A stretch of DNA of 64,000 nt from Blastococcus sp. (GTDB lineage: Bacteria; Actinomycetota; Actinomycetes; Mycobacteriales; Geodermatophilaceae): contig DASYGS010000011.1 of assembly GCA_035999465.1 (NCBI GenBank), positions 14,521 through 78,520 of the forward strand, in the 5' to 3' direction. Shown one piece after another: positions 1-9,656 of this stretch. Under the pieces are notes generated by a model that was given only the letters and a program-made list of their open reading frames with translations, was not told the origin of the DNA and made no database searches. Each line of letters starts with the position of its first letter. Within the stretch, counting starts at the first letter, position 1. The position numbers and the translations under genes are program-made.

Positions 1-1398
1 ACGCTGGGCGGCCACACGTTCGAGTTCCCGTCGCTGTCGGACCTGCTGGCCAAGGCCACCCCGGCCCGGTCGGGCGACGTGCTGGTGGGGATCGCCGCCG
101 AATCCGCGGCGCAGCGGGTCGCGGCGCAGACGGTGCTCGCCGACCTGCCGCTGGCCACCTTCCTCGACGAGCAGGTGGTCGGCTACGACGAGGACGACGT
201 CACCCGGCTCGTCCTCGACACCCACGACCGGTCCGCCTTCGCCCCGGTCTCCGCCCTGACCGTCGGGGAGTTCCGGGACCGGCTGCTGGGCTGGGCGGCC
301 GAGGGGGACGAGGCCGCGATCAGCGCGCTGGCCCCCGGCCTGACGCCCGAGATGGTGGCGGCCACGTCGAAGCTGATGCGCCTGGCCGACCTGGTCGTGG
401 TCGGCCGGCGGGCGCGGGTGGTCACCGGGCTGCGCAGCACGCTGGGCCTGCCTGGCCGGCTCGCGTCGCGGCTGCAGCCCAACCATCCGACCGACGACCC
501 GCTGGGGGTGACGGCGTCCATCCTCGACGGGCTGCTGCACGGCTCCGGCGACGCCGTCATCGGCATCAACCCGGCCACCGGCTCCCCGGCGCACACGGTG
601 GCCCTGCTGGAACTGGTCGACGACGTGATCGGCCGCTACGCGATCCCGACCCAGTCGTGCGTGCTCGCCCACGTGACGACGACGCTGCGGGCAGTGGACG
701 CCGGGGCGCCGGTCGACCTGGTGTTCCAGTCGGTCGCCGGCACGCAGGCGGCCAACCGGAGCTTCGGCGTCACCCTCGACCTGCTCGCCGAGGCGCGGGC
801 CGGCGTCCTGGCGCTGGAGCGGGGCACGGTGGGGCGCAACGTCACCTACTTCGAGACCGGGCAGGGTTCGGCGCTGTCCGCGGGGGCGCACCTGGGCGTC
901 GACGGCCGCCCGGTCGACCAGCAGACCCTCGAAGCGCGGGCGTACGCGGTGGCCCGGCACTTCGAACCGCTGCTGGTGAACACCGTCGTCGGATTCATCG
1001 GCCCGGAGTACCTCTACGACGGCAAGCAGGTGATCCGCGCGGGCCTGGAGGACCACTTCTGCGGCAAGCTGCTCGGCCTGCCGATGGGCGTGGACGTCTG
1101 CTACACCAACCACGCCGAGGTCGACGGCGACGACACCGACGCGGCGGTCCTGCTCCTCGGCGCGGCGGGCTGCTCGTTCGTGATCGCCGTCCCGGGGTCG
1201 GACGACGTGATGCTGCACTACCAGTCGCTGTCGTTCTCCGACGTGCTCACCGCCCGGCAGGTGCTCGGGCTGCGGCCGGCGCCCGAGTTCGAGGCGTGGC
1301 TGGCCCGGATGGGCCTGCTCGACGACGACGGCCGCGTCCGCGCGCTGTCGCCGGACGCCCCCGCGGCCCGCGCGCTGCTCGCGTCGGCGCGCCCGTGA
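1..1398 (+). CDS. eutB: Ethanolamine ammonia-lyase large subunit (5' end outside window)
   Basis: Open frame from base 1; motifs RLQPNHPTDD, GDAVIGINPA, YFETGQGSALS, VNTVVGFIGPEYLYDGKQ, GLEDHFCGKLLGLPMG. Confidence 0.96.
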   Translation, partial: TLGGHTFEFPSLSDLLAKATPARSGDVLVGIAAESAAQRVAAQTVLADLPLATFLDEQVVGYDEDDVTRLVLDTHDRSAFAPVSALTVGEFRDRLLGWAAEGDEAAISALAPGLTPEMVAATSKLMRLADLVVVGRRARVVTGLRSTLGLPGRLASRLQPNHPTDDPLGVTASILDGLLHGSGDAVIGINPATGSPAHTVALLELVDDVIGRYAIPTQSCVLAHVTTTLRAVDAGAPVDLVFQSVAGTQAANRSFGVTLDLLAEARAGVLALERGTVGRNVTYFETGQGSALSAGAHLGVDGRPVDQQTLEARAYAVARHFEPLLVNTVVGFIGPEYLYDGKQVIRAGLEDHFCGKLLGLPMGVDVCYTNHAEVDGDDTDAAVLLLGAAGCSFVIAVPGSDDVMLHYQSLSFSDVLTARQVLGLRPAPEFEAWLARMGLLDDDGRVRALSPDAPAARALLASARP

Positions 1399-2111
1399 GC
1401 GCGGACCCGTGGGCGGTGCTGCGCGGGGCGACCCCGGCGCGCGTGGCGCTCGGGCGGGCGGGTGACGGGCTGCCGACCGCCCGCGAGCTGGAGTTCCGCG
1501 CCGCGCACGCCGCCGCCCGCGACGCGGTGCACGAGCCGCTGGACCCGGCCCTCGTGCGCGCCGCGCTGCCCCGGATGGAGCTGCTGGAGGTGGCGTCGGC
1601 CGCAAGGGACCGCGAGGAGTACCTGCAGCGGCCGGACCTGGGCCGGCGGCTCACCGCCGGCACGTCGTTGCCCCGGTCGGACGCCGACCTGGCGATCGTG
1701 ATCGCCGACGGCCTCTCACCGCGCGCGGTGCACGAGCACGCCGCCGCTGTGGTCACCGCGCTGCTGGCCCGGCTGCCGGGGTGGTCGGTGGCGCCGGTCG
1801 TGCTCGCCACGCAGGCGCGGGTGGCGCTCGGGGACGAGATCGGGGCGGCGCTGGGCGTGCGCGCCGTCGTCGTCCTGATCGGGGAGCGGCCGGGGCTGTC
1901 GGCGGCGGACTCGCTCGGCATCTACCTCACGTGGGATGCCCGGCCGGGCCGGGTGGACGCCGAGCGCAACTGCGTCTCGAACGTGCGGCCACCGCACGGG
2001 CTCGGCTACGGGCAGGCGGCGCGGACCGTGGCCGCGCTGCTGGAGGGCGCCCGGGCACTGGGCGCCTCCGGTGTCGCGCTCAAGGACGAAGGGCCGGCGC
2101 TCCCCGCCTGA
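1395..2111 (+). CDS. eutC: Ethanolamine ammonia-lyase small subunit
   Basis: GTGA overlap with eutB stop; TPARVALGRAG, AHAAARDAVH, YLQRPDLGRRL, LIGERPGLS, DAERNCVSNV. Confidence 0.94.
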   Translation: MSADPWAVLRGATPARVALGRAGDGLPTARELEFRAAHAAARDAVHEPLDPALVRAALPRMELLEVASAARDREEYLQRPDLGRRLTAGTSLPRSDADLAIVIADGLSPRAVHEHAAAVVTALLARLPGWSVAPVVLATQARVALGDEIGAALGVRAVVVLIGERPGLSAADSLGIYLTWDARPGRVDAERNCVSNVRPPHGLGYGQAARTVAALLEGARALGASGVALKDEGPALPA

Positions 2112-2114
2112 CCG

Positions 2115-2618
2115 TCACCCGCGTGGCACGGTGAGGTCGGTCAGCCGGGCGGTGCCCGGCTCGAGCGAGTCGAACGGGGTCTCGAGGGTGAACACCGCGA
2201 CGCCGCCGGGCGGAAAGCCGGCGTGGAGGTTCCGCAGCGCCGACGGGTCGCCCTCACCGTCGTCCAGGACGCTCGCGAGCACACCCACCGACGGGTTGTG
2301 GCCGACGACGGCGACGATCTCGCCGTCGGCGGGACTGTCCTGGATCACGTCGAGCAGGGCCTCGACCGTGTTGTCGTAGATCCGGGCGTCGGTGATCGGC
2401 GCCGGAGGCGCGGTCAGCTGGGCGGCGGCCCGGTCCCACGTCTCGGCTGCGCGACGGGCGGGGGAGACGACAACCCGGTCGGGCGCCAGCCCGGCCTGGG
2501 CCAGCCAGCGCCCGAGCGCCGCAGCCTGCTCCGCGCCGTGGTCGGTCAGCGGGCGGTCGGCGTCCACCGGCCCGTGGGCGGCCTGGGCGTGGCGCATCAG
2601 GAGAAGTCGGTGCTGCAC
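2115..2618 (-). CDS. SixA-like histidine phosphatase
   Basis: LLLMRHAQA, DRPLT, SPARRAAETW, VGHNP; start taken at GTG 2618. Confidence 0.85.
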   Translation of the reverse strand: MQHRLLLMRHAQAAHGPVDADRPLTDHGAEQAAALGRWLAQAGLAPDRVVVSPARRAAETWDRAAAQLTAPPAPITDARIYDNTVEALLDVIQDSPADGEIVAVVGHNPSVGVLASVLDDGEGDPSALRNLHAGFPPGGVAVFTLETPFDSLEPGTARLTDLTVPRG

Positions 2619-2656
2619 CGGCCGAGTGTCGCAAGCCGCGCGGGTGGCCGCGACGG

Positions 2657-2890
2657 TCAGCGCCCGCGGAGCACGCGGGCGAGGCGGTGGGTGCGGCCGG
2701 CCGCGAGCTCGGCGAGCGTCGGCGGTTCCGGCTCGGACTGCTCGACCAGCGCCGCGTGCCGCTCGTGCAGCCGGGCCCGGACGTCGTCGGGGGTGTAGGC
2801 CCGGCGCTGTCGCTCGTTGCGGGCGAGCACCGCACCGGTCGCAGCGACACCGGCGAGGCCGGCCAGTCCGAGGAGCTTCCAGAGGCGCAC
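2657..2890 (-). CDS. Small hypothetical protein with N-terminal hydrophobic helix
   Basis: 77 aa, WKLLGLAGLAGVAATGAVLA followed by RRAYTPDDVRARLH; typical codon bias. Confidence 0.7.
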   Translation of the reverse strand: MRLWKLLGLAGLAGVAATGAVLARNERQRRAYTPDDVRARLHERHAALVEQSEPEPPTLAELAAGRTHRLARVLRGR

Positions 2891-2909
2891 GGTCCGTAAC
2901 GTAGCCGCT

Positions 2910-3551
2910 GTGGCCGATCTCGCACTCGATCAGGCGGTCGAGCTCACCCGCACCGGAGACGTGTGGGTGTTCCGCGGCGCCTCGCTCGCCGACCGGGCGA
3001 TCCGGGCGGTGACCAACGCACCGGTCAACCACGTGGGCATGGCCGTGGTGCTCGACGACATGCCGCCGCTGCTGTGGCACGCCGAGCTCGGCCGGTCGCT
3101 GCCCGACGCCTGGACCGGCACCCACCAGCGCGGGGTCCAGCTGCACGACCTGACCGACGCCGTCGTCACCTGGCGCCGCCGGTACGGGCAGCGGGCCTGG
3201 CTGCGGCAGCTGGTCGGCCCGGCCGACGACGGCGGCGTGACCCCCGACATGGAGGACGCCGTCCTGCGTACCGTCGCCCGCCTCGACGGCCGCCCGTTCC
3301 CGACCACCCGTGGCCTGGTCCGGGGCTGGGTCAACGGGCGATTGCGGCGCAGCACCGCCGCGGAGACGGTGTTCTGCGCCGAGCTGGTCGCCGCCACCTA
3401 CACCGCGATGGGCCTGCTGCCGGGCGACCGGCCGCTCAACGCCTACGACCCGGGCAGTTTCTGGTCCGGCGACGACCTCGAGCTGCTCCAGGGCGCCCGG
3501 CTCGGGCCCGAGATCCCGGTCGACGTCCCGGAGGCTCCTGGACCGAGTTGA
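2910..3551 (+). CDS. Permuted papain-like (NlpC/P60, YiiX-like) enzyme
   Basis: TGD..F near N-terminus, NHVGM (His) before FCAELVA (Cys): circularly permuted order. Confidence 0.75.
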   Translation: MADLALDQAVELTRTGDVWVFRGASLADRAIRAVTNAPVNHVGMAVVLDDMPPLLWHAELGRSLPDAWTGTHQRGVQLHDLTDAVVTWRRRYGQRAWLRQLVGPADDGGVTPDMEDAVLRTVARLDGRPFPTTRGLVRGWVNGRLRRSTAAETVFCAELVAATYTAMGLLPGDRPLNAYDPGSFWSGDDLELLQGARLGPEIPVDVPEAPGPS

Positions 3552-3619
3552 TCATCGTCTGCGTGCGCGGTGCGGCGGCGTGTCCCGCCGTGTCGCGTGC
3601 ACGTAGACGATGATCAACT
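3546..3619. repeat. Palindromic REP/MITE-like element, copy 1
   Basis: AGTTGATCATCGTCT...AGACGATGATCAACT terminal inverted repeat; near-identical to 10981-11056; lies between convergent genes. Confidence 0.9.
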
Positions 3620-6600
3620 GCGGGTGGGGGTGACTGCGGAGGCGCCGAGGCGCACCACGGTGTCGCCGGCCTCCACCAGCTCGTCGTGGGTCACGCACAC
3701 GACCACCCGGCCGGCCAGTGCCCGGCGCAGGTCGCGGACCAGGTCCGCCGCGGTAGGTGCGTCGAGGTGGGCGGTGGGCTCGTCGAGCAGGACCACGTCG
3801 CGGTCGGCCAGCAGCGCCCGGGCGGCGGCCAGCCGGCGCCGCTCACCGCCGGACAGCGCCGTGCCGCCCGCGCCGACCGGGGTGTCGAGGCCGTCGGGCA
3901 GCCCGGCGAGCAGGCCGCCCAGGCCGGCCGCGGTCAGTGCGCCCCGCATCCGGGCCTCACCGGCGGGCCCGGCCAGCTCCCCGCGCGGCGCGGCCATCGC
4001 CAGGTTGGCCCGGATGGTCGACGCGAACACGTGCGCCTCCTGAGGCAGCCAGGCCAGCCGCGCCCGGAGGTCGTCGCCGGCCAGCCGGTCGGCCGCGATC
4101 CCCTCGACCGTGTACTCGCCGGCGCGTGGCCGCAGGGCTGCCATGAGCACGGCCAGCAGCGTCGACTTACCCGCCCCCGACGGCCCGCGGACGACCAGCC
4201 AGCCGTCGTCGGCCCGGGCCCGGACGGTGAGGTCGCGCAGGACATCGGGGCCGCCCGGCCAGCCGGCGGCGAGGCCGGCGGTCTCCAGCGACCGCACCGG
4301 CGCGGGCGCCGGCAGCGGCTCGGCCGGGTCCGCGGGTACGGGCGCGGCCAGGACGGCGTCGATCCGGCCCTGCGCGTCGGCGAGGGCGCCGCGCCGCTGG
4401 AGGCCGCCGATCAGCCCGTCGAGCGGCTCAGCCAGCGCCAGCGGGGCCAGGGCGAGCACGGCGAGGGCCGGCCCGCCCAGTGACGAGGCGGCGCCGACGG
4501 CGGTCGCCACCACCGCGGCCAGCCCCGTGCCGAGCGTCACCAGCCCGGTGCCGAGCGCCGCGGCGCGGGTGCCGGTGCGGGCGATGCGGGCCTGGTCGCC
4601 GGCCAGCGCGGTGAGGTCGCTCGCGGCGCGGTGCGCGAGGCCGTGCGCGCGCAGGTCGGGCACACCGTCGAGCACCGTGGCGGTCTCGCGCAGGGCGGCC
4701 ACCCGCAGGGCGCTCTCGGTGCGTGCGGCGCCGGCGTCGACCCGGCGGTGCACCAGCAGGACCAGGCCGGTCACCGCCGCGAGCACCAGCCCCGCGGCCA
4801 GTGCGGCCGCGGGCGCGATGAACGCCAGCGCGCCGACCGTGCCGGCGGTGACGGTGGCCGCCACCAGGATCGGCGGCCGCACCCGCACCGTGAGGTCCTG
4901 CACCAGCCCGACGTCGCCGACCACCCGGGCCAGGGTCGACCCGGGGGTGCGGTCGGCCGCGATGCCCTGCGCGGCGAGTGCACGCCACACCCGCACCCGG
5001 GTCGTGGCGGCGACCCGGAGCGCGGCGTCGTGGGCGGTCATCCGCTCGACCCAGCGCATGCCGGCGCGGCCGAGGCCGAAGAACCGCACGCCGACGATCG
5101 CGACGAAGAGGGTGAGCACCGGGGGCATCTCGGCGGCCCGCACGATCAGCCAGCCCGACGTGGCGGTGAGCGCGATCCCCGCGGCCGACGAGAGCGTGCC
5201 GGCCGCGACCGCCCGGCCCATCGCCCCGCGCCGCGGCGCCGTCGTCCCCTCGGCCACCGGAACGGGACTGCCGGCGGCGGACGTGCGCACCTCGACCCGG
5301 GCTTCCGGCGCCGGCGCGGCGGTGGGGGAGGGCAGGTCGACGGTGCGGTCGGCGAGGCCGGCGAGGACCGGATCGTGCGTGACCAGCAGGATCGTGATCG
5401 TGCCACGCAGGCCCGCGAGCACCTCGGCGACCAGCGCGCGGGCGTCGTCGTCGAGGTGGGCGGTGGGCTCGTCCAGCAGCAACAGCCGCGCTCCCCGGCG
5501 GACCCGCACCAGCGCCCGGGCCAGGCCCACCCGCTGCAGCTGCCCGGGGGAGAGGGTCTCGGGGGCGCGACCGGCCAGCTCGGTGGCGCCGACCCGGGCC
5601 AGCGCCTCGACGACGTAGGCCTCGGCGACGATCGCATCGACCCCGGGGACAGGATCCGCGTGCCGGCGCAGTTCGTCGGCCACGGTGGCGCCGGTGGTGC
5701 GGGGGAACTGCGGCACGTACGCGACCGCACCGGCCGGGACGCCGATCACCCGGCCCGCGACCGCCGCCTGGGCCCCCGCCTGATCCGCCAGGGCGGCGAG
5801 CAGCGTCGACTTGCCCGAGCCGCTGCCTCCCCGGAGCGCCACCAGCTCGCCCGGGCGGAGGGCCAGGTGGACCGGCGGCAACGCCGCCACGGCGCGTCCC
5901 GGGTACCGGACGGTCAGACCGGCGACGGCGACGTCGGCACCGCGGGGGTCGTCGTCCGGGCCGGGACCGTGGACCACGGGGGCGCGGTCCTCGGCGGCCA
6001 GCACCGCCCGCGCCTCGGCGGCGGCGAGCGCCGCGTCCTGCGCGGCGTGGTGTGCCGAGCCCAGCGCGCGCAGCGGCGCGAACGCCTCGGGCGCGAGCAG
6101 CAGCGCGGTGAGCCCGACTGCGAGCGCCAGGTGCCCGTCGACCAGCCGCACGCCGACCGTCACCGCGACGAGCGCGACCGACAGCGTGGCGATCAGCTCG
6201 AGCACCAGCGCGGAGAGGAACGCGACCCGCAGGGTCGCGAGGGTGCGCCGGCGGTGGGCCTCACCGAGCCGGGCCAGGGCCGCGGTCTGGTCGGCGGCCC
6301 GCCCGAGACCGACCAGCACCGGCAGGCCACGGACCAGCTCTGCGACGTGCGCGGCGATCCGGTCCAGCGCGCGGGCCGAGTCCGCCGTCGCCGCCTGGGT
6401 GTGGCGCCCGACCAGCACCATGAACACCGGCACCAGCGGCAGCGTGACCGCCACCAGTACGGCCGAGAGCAGGTCGGTGCGCGCGAGCACGAGCAGCACG
6501 ACCGGTGGGACGACGGCGGTCTGGGCGAGCGCGGGCAGATAGGTCGCGAGCGCCGGGCCGAGGTCGTGCAGCCGGGTGGTGGCCAGTACCGCCGCCGGCC

Positions 6601-6955
6601 CCGGACCGCCGGCGGTCGCCACGGCGGCGGGGGAGGTGGCGAGCCGGTCGAGGAGACTCCGGCGCAACCGGTCCTCGGCACGGCGGGCGTCGCGGGCGGC
6701 GACGATCTGGCCGAGCGTGCCGGCCACCGACCGCAGCGCGACACCGGCGGCGGCCAGCACCAGGGGAGTGGTGACCGCCCCGGCCGACATGCCGGCGACC
6801 CGCGCCACCGCCTGCGCCAGGCCGGCGGCCAGGAGCACCACGCCGACGGTCTGCCCGAGGGCGGCCAGCGCCGCCCGGGCGAGTGCGCCGCGCAGACCCG
6901 GGACGCCGGTCAGCGCGCCGAGCGGGCCCTTCCGGTCCGGTTGCGGCTCGCTCAC
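3614..6955 (-). CDS. cydDC: Fused CydD/CydC thiol-reductant ABC exporter
   Basis: Two TMD-NBD halves (GGSGSGKST/LSPGQ/LLDEPTAHLD and GPSGAGKST/LSGGE/LLDEPTAHLD); LRVAFLSALVLELIATLS and RFFGLGRA motifs; GTGA overlap with cydB. Confidence 0.9.
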   Translation of the reverse strand: MSEPQPDRKGPLGALTGVPGLRGALARAALAALGQTVGVVLLAAGLAQAVARVAGMSAGAVTTPLVLAAAGVALRSVAGTLGQIVAARDARRAEDRLRRSLLDRLATSPAAVATAGGPGPAAVLATTRLHDLGPALATYLPALAQTAVVPPVVLLVLARTDLLSAVLVAVTLPLVPVFMVLVGRHTQAATADSARALDRIAAHVAELVRGLPVLVGLGRAADQTAALARLGEAHRRRTLATLRVAFLSALVLELIATLSVALVAVTVGVRLVDGHLALAVGLTALLLAPEAFAPLRALGSAHHAAQDAALAAAEARAVLAAEDRAPVVHGPGPDDDPRGADVAVAGLTVRYPGRAVAALPPVHLALRPGELVALRGGSGSGKSTLLAALADQAGAQAAVAGRVIGVPAGAVAYVPQFPRTTGATVADELRRHADPVPGVDAIVAEAYVVEALARVGATELAGRAPETLSPGQLQRVGLARALVRVRRGARLLLLDEPTAHLDDDARALVAEVLAGLRGTITILLVTHDPVLAGLADRTVDLPSPTAAPAPEARVEVRTSAAGSPVPVAEGTTAPRRGAMGRAVAAGTLSSAAGIALTATSGWLIVRAAEMPPVLTLFVAIVGVRFFGLGRAGMRWVERMTAHDAALRVAATTRVRVWRALAAQGIAADRTPGSTLARVVGDVGLVQDLTVRVRPPILVAATVTAGTVGALAFIAPAAALAAGLVLAAVTGLVLLVHRRVDAGAARTESALRVAALRETATVLDGVPDLRAHGLAHRAASDLTALAGDQARIARTGTRAAALGTGLVTLGTGLAAVVATAVGAASSLGGPALAVLALAPLALAEPLDGLIGGLQRRGALADAQGRIDAVLAAPVPADPAEPLPAPAPVRSLETAGLAAGWPGGPDVLRDLTVRARADDGWLVVRGPSGAGKSTLLAVLMAALRPRAGEYTVEGIAADRLAGDDLRARLAWLPQEAHVFASTIRANLAMAAPRGELAGPAGEARMRGALTAAGLGGLLAGLPDGLDTPVGAGGTALSGGERRRLAAARALLADRDVVLLDEPTAHLDAPTAADLVRDLRRALAGRVVVCVTHDELVEAGDTVVRLGASAVTPTRS

Positions 6956-7965
6956 ACCCCCACCTCGACCGGCGCGGACTGCGGCTGCGCGGTCAGGCGC
7001 TTCCGGAACACCCAGTAGGTCCAGGCCTGATAGGCGAGCACGACCGGCAGCCCGACCGCCGCCACCCACGTCATCACCGTCAGCGTGTAGTGGCTGACCG
7101 ACGCCTCGGAGACGGTCACGTCGAACGCCGGGTCGATGGTCGAGGGGACGACGACCGGGTAGGCGGCGCCGAAGATCGTCGCCGCCGCCGCGATCAGCAT
7201 CGCGGCCCAGGCGGCGAAGGCCTGCCCTTCGCGGTCGACCCGGATGCGCGCCCAGGTGAGGACGACGGCCAGCGCCGACACCAGCCACAGCACCGCGGTG
7301 ACCGGCGTCCCCTCCCGCAGGTGCACGAGGCCGGCCCATCCCAGCAGCGGGAGGGCGGCCACCGGCGACCAGCGCAACGCCAGCGCGCGCGCCCGGAGCC
7401 GGACGTCGCCGTCGGTCTTCAGCGCGAGGAACAGCGCGCCGTGCACGACCGCGAAGGCGAGGACGGCGACCGCGCCGAGCAGCGCCGGCCAGCCGACCCC
7501 GGCGAGGCTGCCGCCCACCCGCGTGCCGTGGGCGTCGATCGGCAGGCCCAGGGTGGTCGCACCGAGTGCGGCGCCGACGCCGAGCGCGGCGACCAGCGAG
7601 CCGCCGGTGATGATGCGCGTCCAGGTGCGGTCCCATCGCGGGTCGTGCGAGGAGTGCCGCCACTCGAAGGCGACCGCCCGCACGATCAGCCCGAGCAGCA
7701 CGACCACGAACGGCAGGTAGAGCGCCGGGAGCCACGTGGCGTACCAGCCGGGGAAGGCCGCGAACACCGCGCCGGCGGCGGTGATCAGCCAGACCTCGTT
7801 GCCGTCCCACAGCGGGCCGATGCTGCGCAGCATGAGGTGCCGGTCGGCGGTGTCACGGCCGAGCACCGGCAGCAGGGCGGCCACCCCGAAGTCGAAGCCC
7901 TCGAGGAGCAGGAAGCCGGTCCACAGCACGGCGACGGCGGCGAACCACAGGGTCTGCAGGTCCAT
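6952..7965 (-). CDS. cydB: Cytochrome bd ubiquinol oxidase subunit II
   Basis: LEGFDFGV, IGPLWDGNEVWL, FAAFPGWYA, AYQAWTYWVFRKRL. Confidence 0.96.
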   Translation of the reverse strand: MDLQTLWFAAVAVLWTGFLLLEGFDFGVAALLPVLGRDTADRHLMLRSIGPLWDGNEVWLITAAGAVFAAFPGWYATWLPALYLPFVVVLLGLIVRAVAFEWRHSSHDPRWDRTWTRIITGGSLVAALGVGAALGATTLGLPIDAHGTRVGGSLAGVGWPALLGAVAVLAFAVVHGALFLALKTDGDVRLRARALALRWSPVAALPLLGWAGLVHLREGTPVTAVLWLVSALAVVLTWARIRVDREGQAFAAWAAMLIAAAATIFGAAYPVVVPSTIDPAFDVTVSEASVSHYTLTVMTWVAAVGLPVVLAYQAWTYWVFRKRLTAQPQSAPVEVGV

Positions 7966-7996
7966 GTCAGGACTCCAGGTCTCGAGTTCCGGGGAT

Positions 7997-9541
7997 TCAG
8001 TAGGCGAAGGAGAGGACGTCGTCGTCGGCCGCGCGGTCGGGTTCCGTGCCGCCGGGCGTGCCGGTGGGCGTCGGGGTGCCGTCACCGGTCGTGATCCCGC
8101 GCCGGACGAAGCGGGCGATGAGGCCGATCTCGATGACGGCCAGGACGCCGTAGACGGCAGTCAGCACCGACAGCGACGTCCACACCTCGGCGGCGGAGAC
8201 GCCGGGGGAGACGGCCTGCGCGGTGAAGAACCAGATCTGCTTGCCGACCGGCACGTCGGGATTGGGGACGACGACGAACGGCTGCCGCCCCATCTCGGTG
8301 AAGATCCAGCCGGTGGCGTTGGCGAGGAACGGCGCCCCGACGGCGAGCAGCGACCCGTAGACGCCGATCCGCGACGTCGGCACCCGGCCCCGCCGGGTGG
8401 CCCACAACGCGTAGGCGGCCACCGCGGCCGAGACCATGCCCATCCCGACCATCAGCCGGAAGCTCCAGTAGGTGACGGCGAGCACCGGCTGGTAGTCGAT
8501 CGGCTGCCCTGCCTTGTCGCCGAACCGCGCCCGGTCGTCGGGGTAGGTGGCGCCGTAGACCGCGGCGTAGCGCTTCTGCAGGTCGTGGACGCCCGGGACG
8601 GCGGTGGAGAAGTCGTCGTGCGCGAGGAAGGACAGCAGCCCCGGCACGGTGATCGAGTGCACGTCGTCGCACTCGTTGGAGCCGAGCTTGTTCCAGGCGA
8701 AGATCGAGAACGAGGCCGGCGCCTCCGTCTCGCACAGTGCCTCGGCGGAGCTCATCTTCAGCGGCTGCTGGTGGTACATGAGCTTGCCCTGCCAGTCGCC
8801 GGTGAGGGCGACGGCGAGGAAGGCGACCAGCGAGATCCATCCGCCGAGCCGGACCGAGCGGCGCCACACCTGATGGTCGACGTCGGTCGCCGGCTGCCCG
8901 GCGAGCTTCCGGCGGCGCAGGTGCCACAGACCGATGCCGACCAGCAGCGCGCCGGCGACGGTGAGCGCCGCCATGATCGCGTGGCTGAACGCGGCGATCG
9001 CGGTGTTGTTGGTGAGGACGGCGCCGATGCTGGTCAGCCGGGGCTTCGCGGTGGCGCCCGAACCCTGCATGGTCACCCCGACCGGGTGCTGCATCCACGA
9101 GTTGGCCGCGATGATGAAGTACGCGGACACGACCGAGCCCCCCACCGCGGCCCACAGCGTGGCCAGGTGCACATTCTTGTTGATCCGGCCCCAGCCGAAG
9201 ATCCACAGCCCCAGGAAGGTCGACTCGAGGAAGAACGCGAGCAGCGCCTCCATGGCCAGCAGCGAGCCGAACACGTCGCCGACGAACCGCGAGTACTCGC
9301 TCCACGCCAGCCCGAACTGGAACTCCTGGACCAGCCCGGTGGCGACACCGAGGACGAAGTTGATCAGGTAGATGCGGCCCCAGAACCGGGTCATCCGCAG
9401 CCATTCGGGCTTGTCGGTGCGCACCCACATGGTGTGCATGACCGCGACCAGGACCCCGAGGCCGATCGTGAGCGGCACCATCAGGAAGTGGTAGACGGTG
9501 GTGATCCCGAACTGCCAGCGTGCGATGTCCAGGACGTCCAC
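7997..9541 (-). CDS. cydA: Cytochrome bd ubiquinol oxidase subunit I
   Basis: ARWQFGITTVYHF, QEFQFG, FFLESTF, ANSWMQHP, GWIFTEMGRQP; RBS GAGGAGG upstream. Confidence 0.97.
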   Translation of the reverse strand: MDVLDIARWQFGITTVYHFLMVPLTIGLGVLVAVMHTMWVRTDKPEWLRMTRFWGRIYLINFVLGVATGLVQEFQFGLAWSEYSRFVGDVFGSLLAMEALLAFFLESTFLGLWIFGWGRINKNVHLATLWAAVGGSVVSAYFIIAANSWMQHPVGVTMQGSGATAKPRLTSIGAVLTNNTAIAAFSHAIMAALTVAGALLVGIGLWHLRRRKLAGQPATDVDHQVWRRSVRLGGWISLVAFLAVALTGDWQGKLMYHQQPLKMSSAEALCETEAPASFSIFAWNKLGSNECDDVHSITVPGLLSFLAHDDFSTAVPGVHDLQKRYAAVYGATYPDDRARFGDKAGQPIDYQPVLAVTYWSFRLMVGMGMVSAAVAAYALWATRRGRVPTSRIGVYGSLLAVGAPFLANATGWIFTEMGRQPFVVVPNPDVPVGKQIWFFTAQAVSPGVSAAEVWTSLSVLTAVYGVLAVIEIGLIARFVRRGITTGDGTPTPTGTPGGTEPDRAADDDVLSFAY

Positions 9542-9581
9542 GGACGGTTCCCTCCTCGGCGAGCTACGATCGACGTGTTCT

Positions 9582-9623
9582 TTCTACGCCGGGTAGAAGA
9601 CACTTTTCTACGACACGTAGAAA
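9582..9623. promoter_or_regulatory. Tandem BlaI-type operator, TTCTAC-N5-GTAGAA x2
   Basis: TTCTACgccggGTAGAA (9582-9598) and TTTCTACgacacGTAGAAA (9605-9623) in the divergent cydA/blaI intergenic region. Confidence 0.8.
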
Positions 9624-9656
9624 TCCGCCGTGTGAGCTGGCAGACAGGAGAGGCCC

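Noticed and set aside
1-2111. eutBC as part of a microcompartment locus
   Set aside because: No shell-protein genes follow; consistent with an ordinary short eut operon, though upstream context is outside the window
3614-6955. CydD-CydC fusion as a novelty
   Set aside because: Fused CydDC is already known in actinomycetes
4631-7018. 795-aa plus-strand ORF
   Set aside because: Antisense shadow of cydDC, typical of high-GC DNA; no motifs
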